From NCBI GenBank assembly GCA_965223265.1, contig OZ244999.1, positions 4,352,001 through 4,416,000 on the forward strand: a DNA stretch of 64,000 nt. The letters run 5' to 3'. Numbering within the stretch: the stretch's first letter is position 1; each line of letters starts with the position of its first letter. The stretch comes from Planctomycetota bacterium (GTDB lineage Bacteria; Planctomycetota; UBA8108; SXIK01). The notes under the pieces were generated by a model. The model was given only the letters and a program-made list of their open reading frames with translations, did no database searches and was not told where the DNA came from. This document shows positions 57,791 through 64,000 of this stretch, in pieces. The position numbers were made by a program, and so were the translations under genes.

Positions 57791-60454
57791 ATGAAGACAG
57801 CACCCTCTCCGCGCCTCCGACTACTCAGCACAATCATGTGCTGCGCTGTCATAGGGAGCGGCTGCGAGGCCGAGAGGCCGCAAGAAGCAGACCGCATCGA
57901 AATCCTTACGGGGGACAACCAAACCGGCGCCCCCGGATCTTTCGTCGGGCAGCCTCTCCGAGTGCGAGTCCTTGGACCTCGGCGTGTCGACTTTCTCGGG
58001 CGCAAACGCGAACGCCAGCCAGCAACTGGCATCACGGTGAGGTTTCGCGTCCAAGGAGTGAAGGCGGCCGACAAAACTTCTCCGACGGCAGAATCAGAGG
58101 CTGACTCAGTAGGTTCGCAGGAGAAAACATCGATCGAGCCCTACCCTCTGCTCTTCGCGCGCGATTCGCAGCTGACGTCGTCGACGGTGCCACCGTCGCA
58201 GTCTCCACCCGGTCGCTCTCCGGGTGCCACGGAACTTCACGTGCCAACGGACGAAGCCGGCGTCGCGGCCGTCGACGTCAGGCTGGGAACGCAAAGCGGT
58301 GAGTGGCGCGTTGAGGCGAGAGTCCAGCGACGCCCGCGCAAAGACGACGACGTACACTTCCGAGTGACAAGTGGCGTCCAGAGTTCGCTTTCCGCTCTCG
58401 AAGGCCCGGTGGGATCTGACGTGCGATTCGAGATGCGTCTGCTGACCTGGGACGCGAACACAGGAAAAGCGGTGCCGCTGCCTGACCGCGAAGTGATGCT
58501 GAGTATCGTCGACGAACCGCGCGGCGCCGCGGGCACGGCAGAACTGAAGAATCGACGCGACGAGACCACGAATCAGGGCGAACGGCGTACGGAGATCACG
58601 CTTGGAGATCGTCCCGGACAGTATCGAATGCTGGCGGAAATCGCAGCAACGGACGCAGACGAACGCCAATGGCGAGGCATCGTCTATACGGTGGTGGCGA
58701 CGGATTGGCTTTGGATCGGAGTCCGCTTCATCGCCGCCGTCCTCGTCTTCGTCATCGGCATTCGCCTCCTCGGCAGCGGCACCCTCCTCCTCGTAGGCGG
58801 GTACAGCGATCGTCCGACCGAGACCTGGTCGAAGAGTCGACTCTCAGGGTTTGTCGGTGGAGCAGCCGCAGGCGTAACGTTTCAGTCCTCGTCTCTCGTC
58901 GTCTCCTACCTAGCGAGTCTGGCCAACAGCGGCCTTCTGAGGGCCCCGGCAGCGCTCAGCCTGATTCTGGGAGCGAACGTGAGTGCCACCCTTCTTTGCC
59001 AAATTCTCGCGCTCGACGTTTCGCTGTTGGCTGCGCCTTTTCTTATGGTCGGCACGCTCTTTTTTGTCGCGCGGCGACACTCTCGGTTCGAAGCCTGGGC
59101 GTGGGTGTGCGTCGGCCTCGGGCTCGTGCTTTTGAGCTGGAATCTTCTCGAGGACACGTACGCAACAGCCGCGCTCAGCAACAATCTTCGCACCGCCCTG
59201 CTTGCCGATGCTTCCTCCTTCGGAAGATTCTTTGTTCTCCTGGGCACCGCGCTCGGAGCAGGATTCCTACTGCGCACGTCCAATTTGCTCGTCGTCCTCG
59301 CCATGTTAGCCGTCGCCCACGAACTCCTGCCGTCAGACAATGCGGTCCCGCTCGTGTTGGGTGCAAACCTCGGGGCAGCGGTGATGGTGTACGTCCTGGT
59401 GCAAAGAAAACGCCTCGAAGCGCGGCGGCTGGCTCTGCTCAACCTCTTAGTCCACACGCTCACATGCGGTCTGCTGGTGATTCTCGGCCTCATAAAAGTC
59501 CGGGGGCACTCCCCGCTGTTGTGGTGTATCGAAGCCGTCGTTCCGGGACAGCTTCTCTCGCCGCTGCCAGGAAACACGGTGCAGCACGTTGCGATGGCGC
59601 ACACGCTCTACAACCTGTTTGCCGCGGTCCTCTTTCTTGCGACACCACGTCTACCCATACGCCTCGTCGATCGTCTGCTCCCGAACATCGCCAGCGACGA
59701 CGAGCTCAAACCGATCCACTTAGACGAGAGTTTGGTGAGCGTGCCGGCGCTCGCGCTCCGCCAGACAACGGCCGAAGTGACGTACCTCACTGAGGTGACA
59801 CGCAAAGCCGTCGCCGAAGCCTTCGATGCCTTTCGATATGACGATCTCGATCTAGCTCATCAAGTGGGACGACGGGAGGAGTTGATCTTCGACCTGTCCC
59901 GAAACGTTAGCCGTTATCTCGTGCTTGTCGGCGAGCGACAGCTCTCGCACCGCGACGCGACACGCCTGGAGATTCTTCAAAGTGCAACCGAGGCAGTCGC
60001 TCGCATCGCAACGTACGCCGACGCTCTCAGAGACCTCACAGCTCGCAAGATCGACGAAAAAGCCCACAGCAGCGAAGAGGTCGGACGCGATCTGAACGAA
60101 GTGTACGATCTCGTCGCCGCGCAGTTCGAGAACATTCTGACGCTCCTCAAGGAGCGCGATTTTCGCACCGAGGAAAGCGCGGTGAAGATGGTCGAGCGGC
60201 TCGCCAAGTATAGTAGCCGCATCGATGGTCATTGGCGGCAACGCGCCTCGGGCTCCGGTCAACAGAGAGCCGCACTTCCGGCGCCGGAGTCGTCCGCTGG
60301 CTCTGCTCCGGAGGCGGACGCCATGGTCTCGTTCACGGATCACGTCGAAAGTCTGGTCCATCAAGAGGCATTTCGCCTCCTCTTCTCGATCGCGGCGGAC
60401 CTGGCTCAGATCGCGCAGCGCATGCGCATCCTCGCCCCACAGCGCGGAGAGTGA
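57791..60454 (+). CDS. Na+/Pi cotransporter (NptA/YjbB-like) with PhoU-like C-terminus and N-terminal Ig-like extension
   Basis: FQSSS, GANV, GANLG, AHTLYN, LDESL..PALAL, PhoU-like helices; lipobox GSGC and GDNQTG..TD..G.A Big_1-like domains. Confidence 0.8.
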   Translation: MKTAPSPRLRLLSTIMCCAVIGSGCEAERPQEADRIEILTGDNQTGAPGSFVGQPLRVRVLGPRRVDFLGRKRERQPATGITVRFRVQGVKAADKTSPTAESEADSVGSQEKTSIEPYPLLFARDSQLTSSTVPPSQSPPGRSPGATELHVPTDEAGVAAVDVRLGTQSGEWRVEARVQRRPRKDDDVHFRVTSGVQSSLSALEGPVGSDVRFEMRLLTWDANTGKAVPLPDREVMLSIVDEPRGAAGTAELKNRRDETTNQGERRTEITLGDRPGQYRMLAEIAATDADERQWRGIVYTVVATDWLWIGVRFIAAVLVFVIGIRLLGSGTLLLVGGYSDRPTETWSKSRLSGFVGGAAAGVTFQSSSLVVSYLASLANSGLLRAPAALSLILGANVSATLLCQILALDVSLLAAPFLMVGTLFFVARRHSRFEAWAWVCVGLGLVLLSWNLLEDTYATAALSNNLRTALLADASSFGRFFVLLGTALGAGFLLRTSNLLVVLAMLAVAHELLPSDNAVPLVLGANLGAAVMVYVLVQRKRLEARRLALLNLLVHTLTCGLLVILGLIKVRGHSPLLWCIEAVVPGQLLSPLPGNTVQHVAMAHTLYNLFAAVLFLATPRLPIRLVDRLLPNIASDDELKPIHLDESLVSVPALALRQTTAEVTYLTEVTRKAVAEAFDAFRYDDLDLAHQVGRREELIFDLSRNVSRYLVLVGERQLSHRDATRLEILQSATEAVARIATYADALRDLTARKIDEKAHSSEEVGRDLNEVYDLVAAQFENILTLLKERDFRTEESAVKMVERLAKYSSRIDGHWRQRASGSGQQRAALPAPESSAGSAPEADAMVSFTDHVESLVHQEAFRLLFSIAADLAQIAQRMRILAPQRGE

Positions 60455-60679
60455 CGGACGCGGCGCTTTTGGGGGTTTCACCGTCGCACGATCTTTCTGC
60501 TGCAGCGTCGGCTGAGAATGACCGAGGAAGTCTTCGGTGGCAGGCTGTGACGCGGGACTGAGACGGGACCGTGACGCAGGACTGGGGCTCGCACGCAGAG
60601 CAAGATTGCGCCCATGCCCCCGACGCCGCTAAAATCGCGCCTTTTCAACAGCACGAAGAGAACGAAGGATAGCGCAGCC

Positions 60680-62731
60680 ATGCCCCGCCTCACCCTCCCC
60701 GACGGCAGCATCCGCGACTACGACGATGCGGTCACACCGGCCGAAGTCGCGGCAGACATCGGACCTGGCCTCGCCAAGGCTGCGATTGGTGCTCGGGTGA
60801 ACGGCGAACTCGTGGATGTCTCGACGAAGATCGACTCCGATGCCGATCTCAGCCTCGTCACCATGCCGAAGGCGAGTCAAGAGCCGAGCGCCGACGCACT
60901 TTTTCTCATCCGGCACAGCTGTGCGCACGTCATGGCGGAAGCGATTCAGCGTCTGATCCCCGACGCTCAGCTCGTCTACGGCCCCCCTGTCGACGAGGGC
61001 TTTTACTACGACATCGCACTACCGGAAGAACGGCCGTTGAGCTCGAACGATTTCGATGCCATCGAGAAGGAGATGCGGCGAATCGTCGGGGAGAAGCGGC
61101 GCTTCACCCGCTATGAACTCCCAGCGACCGAAGGCATGACGAAGCTGGACGCCGAGGGCAGCAAATACAAGCTCGACAACGCGCAGCGCGCGCTCGATGG
61201 CGGCGCCGACTCCCTCTCATGGTACGCCACCGGTGAACCGAACAGCGACTGGGAAGACCTATGCCGCGGTCCGCATGTTCCGAGCACTGGTCATATCGGC
61301 GCCTTCAAGGTCATGAGCTTGGCATCGAGCTACTGGCACGGCGACGCGAACTCCGATCGTCTAACGCGAGTCTACGGTACAGCCTTCTCCCATCAGAAGC
61401 AGCTGGATGCTTATCTCCATCGACTCGAAGAGTCGAAAAAACGAGACCACCGTGTCCTCGGGAGAAAGTATGGACTCTTCCACATTGACGACACCGTCGG
61501 ACAAGGGCTCATTCTATGGAAGCCGAACGGTGCCCTCATCCGCCGAGAGCTTGAAGAGTTCATTCGCACGGAGCTAGTGAAGGACGGTTACAACACGGTC
61601 TACACCCCGCACATCGGCAAACTTGATCTCTACAAAACGAGCGGACACTTCCCCTACTACCGCGACAGCCAGTTCCCGCCGCTCATTCACCACGAGGCTC
61701 TGGATCGGTTGGCGACAGAATCGGTCAGTTGCGGCGAGCTATCGAACCTCCTCGATCAAGGAGAAATCGATGGCTACCTCCTCAAGCCGATGAACTGTCC
61801 GCACCACATCAAGATCTTCGATTCCGAGCCGCGCAGCTATCGAGATTTGCCGATTCGGCTGGCGGAGTTCGGCACAGTCTATCGCTGGGAGCAATCCGGA
61901 GAGCTGAGTGGGATGACCCGAGTACGCGGTTTCACGCAGGATGACGCACACCTCTTCTGCGCTGAAGACCAAGTCGGTGACGAGATTCGCGGCTGTCTGC
62001 GGATCGTGCGCCTGATCCTGTCGACACTCGGATTGACCGATTATCGCGTCCGCGTCGGCCTTCGCGATCCAGATAGCGGCAAGTACACTGGCGACCCGGC
62101 CGTGTGGGATAAAGCGGAGGCAGCGTGCCTTGATGCAGCCCGCACGCTCGACGTTCCGTTCACACAGGAGCCAGGCGAAGCGGCCTTCTACGGCCCTAAA
62201 ATCGACTTTGTCGTTCGCGACGTCCTCGGGCGGGAGTGGCAACTGGGGACGGTCCAGGTCGACTACAACCTACCCGAACGGTTTGATCTGACCTACGTCG
62301 GATCGGACAACAAAGCCCACCGCCCAGTTATGGTCCACCGCGCGCCGTTTGGCTCTATGGAGCGGTTTATCGGCATCCTGATCGAGCACTTCGCAGGCTC
62401 CTTCCCGACGTGGCTGGCGCCCGAGCAGGCTCGCGTGCTCCCAATCAGCGACAAGTTCCTCGACTACGCGCAAGAGGTTCAGGGGCGACTGCTCGACGAA
62501 GGCCTCCGCGTCGGCATCGATCGCAGCGACGAGCGCATTCAGGCGAAGATCAAGATCGGTACGGAGGAGAGAGTCCCCTACCTATTGATCGTCGGCGGCA
62601 AAGATAAAGACGCGGGAACGGTGTCGGTGCGTCGACGCGGCAAGGGTGATGAAGGCGCTCAGCCACTGGAAGCATTCATCGCAAGTATCCTCGCCGAAGT
62701 TCGCGAGCGGCGCCTCGACACCGCGAATTAG
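60680..62731 (+). CDS. thrS: Threonine--tRNA ligase
   Basis: TGS domain, RHSCAH, DLCRGPH, KPMNCPHH, RVRGFTQDDAH, AFYGPK, HRAPFGS. Confidence 0.98.
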   Translation: MPRLTLPDGSIRDYDDAVTPAEVAADIGPGLAKAAIGARVNGELVDVSTKIDSDADLSLVTMPKASQEPSADALFLIRHSCAHVMAEAIQRLIPDAQLVYGPPVDEGFYYDIALPEERPLSSNDFDAIEKEMRRIVGEKRRFTRYELPATEGMTKLDAEGSKYKLDNAQRALDGGADSLSWYATGEPNSDWEDLCRGPHVPSTGHIGAFKVMSLASSYWHGDANSDRLTRVYGTAFSHQKQLDAYLHRLEESKKRDHRVLGRKYGLFHIDDTVGQGLILWKPNGALIRRELEEFIRTELVKDGYNTVYTPHIGKLDLYKTSGHFPYYRDSQFPPLIHHEALDRLATESVSCGELSNLLDQGEIDGYLLKPMNCPHHIKIFDSEPRSYRDLPIRLAEFGTVYRWEQSGELSGMTRVRGFTQDDAHLFCAEDQVGDEIRGCLRIVRLILSTLGLTDYRVRVGLRDPDSGKYTGDPAVWDKAEAACLDAARTLDVPFTQEPGEAAFYGPKIDFVVRDVLGREWQLGTVQVDYNLPERFDLTYVGSDNKAHRPVMVHRAPFGSMERFIGILIEHFAGSFPTWLAPEQARVLPISDKFLDYAQEVQGRLLDEGLRVGIDRSDERIQAKIKIGTEERVPYLLIVGGKDKDAGTVSVRRRGKGDEGAQPLEAFIASILAEVRERRLDTAN

Positions 62732-62866
62732 ATCGCCGGCGAGTAGACTCCAGCGCCTGCAGCAGATGGCGGCAGGAAACTCCTCCAGCTGGGCGAGTCG
62801 CACACCAGGAGTAGCGTTGAGTCGCGCTGGGGTTCGATTGCCTTTCAGCGAAACGTCACGCCTGGT

Positions 62867-63787
62867 TCATCCCACCGCCGGACCTGCCGAAGCCCACTGC
62901 CACTCGGGATGCGACGGCGCCGACTTGATGCCGCGAAACATGCGCACGAACTCGCGCCGGCGGACAAACCCGAGCTCCTGCAGCCTGGCAGTCCACTGCT
63001 GAGCGCGCTCGCCCGCTTCGAGGGCGTCGATCGCTACAGCCGTCCCCACATCGAGCCGCTGTAGCACATTTGCCAGCAGTGCTTCGGCGATCGCCGGCCC
63101 GGTCGCAACAATCGGTCCGACGTGTGCGTAGAGGGAACCAGGTCGCGCGCTGGCGTACCCTGTCACGGAAACGCATTCAGCGCAGGAGTTCACGCTCGCG
63201 TCGACGACGAAGCTCAGTTGCGGAGACTGCCGCGCCCATGCCTCGATGACATCGACTCTTGGTGCCCCGAAGGCATGGCGGTCGAGCTCGAACGCTGCCG
63301 GGGCGTCGGCATTCAAGTCGAAGCTCCGTACGGTGATCGAGCCAGCGAGGTGCGCTGATCGTTCTTGACACTCACTTGATACAGTCGCGACCCACCGTCC
63401 CAGCCTCACGTGATCATGAAATCCCAAAGTCTGATAAAGGCGCTGCCCCTCAGTCGTCGCATCGAGTCCGACGGTATGACACTCGCTGTCTAAGCTTTCC
63501 AGTGCTCGACCAAGGAGACGTCGACCGATGCCCTGCCGCCGCACACTTCGGTCAACAAGTACCATGCCGACCCAACCAACAGAGCCCGAATGGACCACCG
63601 TCGTCGTCGTGCCGACTCCAACGCCACCGACCTCGGCAACGAAACAGCCATGTGGACGGAAACGAAGAAAGTGGTGCCAGTCCGCAGCCGTTTGATTCCA
63701 ACCGGCCTCCTCTTTGAGACGCATACCGAGCTCGACGTCCGTCGATTGCATGCGACGAATGTGCACCGAGTCAGCCACGTTGCCCAT
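62867..63787 (-). CDS. GNAT family acetyltransferase with second C-terminal GNAT-like domain
   Basis: GWNQ, WVGMVLV..RRQGIG, LDAT..G..LY..LGF, HVGPIVA. Start approximate. Confidence 0.85.
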   Translation of the reverse strand: MGNVADSVHIRRMQSTDVELGMRLKEEAGWNQTAADWHHFLRFRPHGCFVAEVGGVGVGTTTTVVHSGSVGWVGMVLVDRSVRRQGIGRRLLGRALESLDSECHTVGLDATTEGQRLYQTLGFHDHVRLGRWVATVSSECQERSAHLAGSITVRSFDLNADAPAAFELDRHAFGAPRVDVIEAWARQSPQLSFVVDASVNSCAECVSVTGYASARPGSLYAHVGPIVATGPAIAEALLANVLQRLDVGTAVAIDALEAGERAQQWTARLQELGFVRRREFVRMFRGIKSAPSHPEWQWASAGPAVG

Positions 63788-64000
63788 GCGCCGCTCCATC
63801 GTTGGAACCGCCCCACCACGGCAGTCGCTCCACATCGACGCCGAGGTCGTGAGCCACGACCCGCGCGGCATTGTAACCACCGAGTCCGGTGATGTTGCCT
63901 CCGGGATGCGTCGACCCACCGCACAAGTAGAGCGCGCGAATGGGGGTACGGTACGACCCTGCGCCCTCGAAGGGACGGTGAAAGCCGATCTGTCCATCGG

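Overview
GC-rich, gene-dense bacterial chromosome segment, most likely from a Planctomycetota genome. Support: the PVC-superphylum small basic protein, a DUF1800/DUF1501 pair, a planctomycete-type cytochrome c domain, GTAG-type REP repeats and many FxRGD dockerin-like modules. Housekeeping genes are ilvC, dacB, xylA, parC/parE-type topoisomerase, queF, a ppx-like gene and thrS. They are interspersed with many large exported multidomain proteins. Strongest candidate for an undescribed system: a non-cellulosomal cohesin-dockerin network. It includes a translationally coupled operon (membrane anti-sigma-like protein with dockerin, lone secreted cohesin-like protein, VIT-vWA lipoprotein), a tandem pair of scaffoldin/adaptor-like genes (cohesin(s) + Cys/Asp repeats + dockerin), and dockerin-tagged non-CAZyme cargo (FG-GAP propeller, DUF1800). 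Other oddities: a KARI with a histone-like tail, an active/inactive transglutaminase pair, a cytochrome c on an Ig/FN3 stalk, an Ig-fused Na/Pi transporter, a probable DUF89 pseudo-phosphatase, and a large disordered SPOR-like protein. No rRNA, tRNA, CRISPR array or intact transposase was recognised. All domain calls are by eye from motifs; no searches were run.
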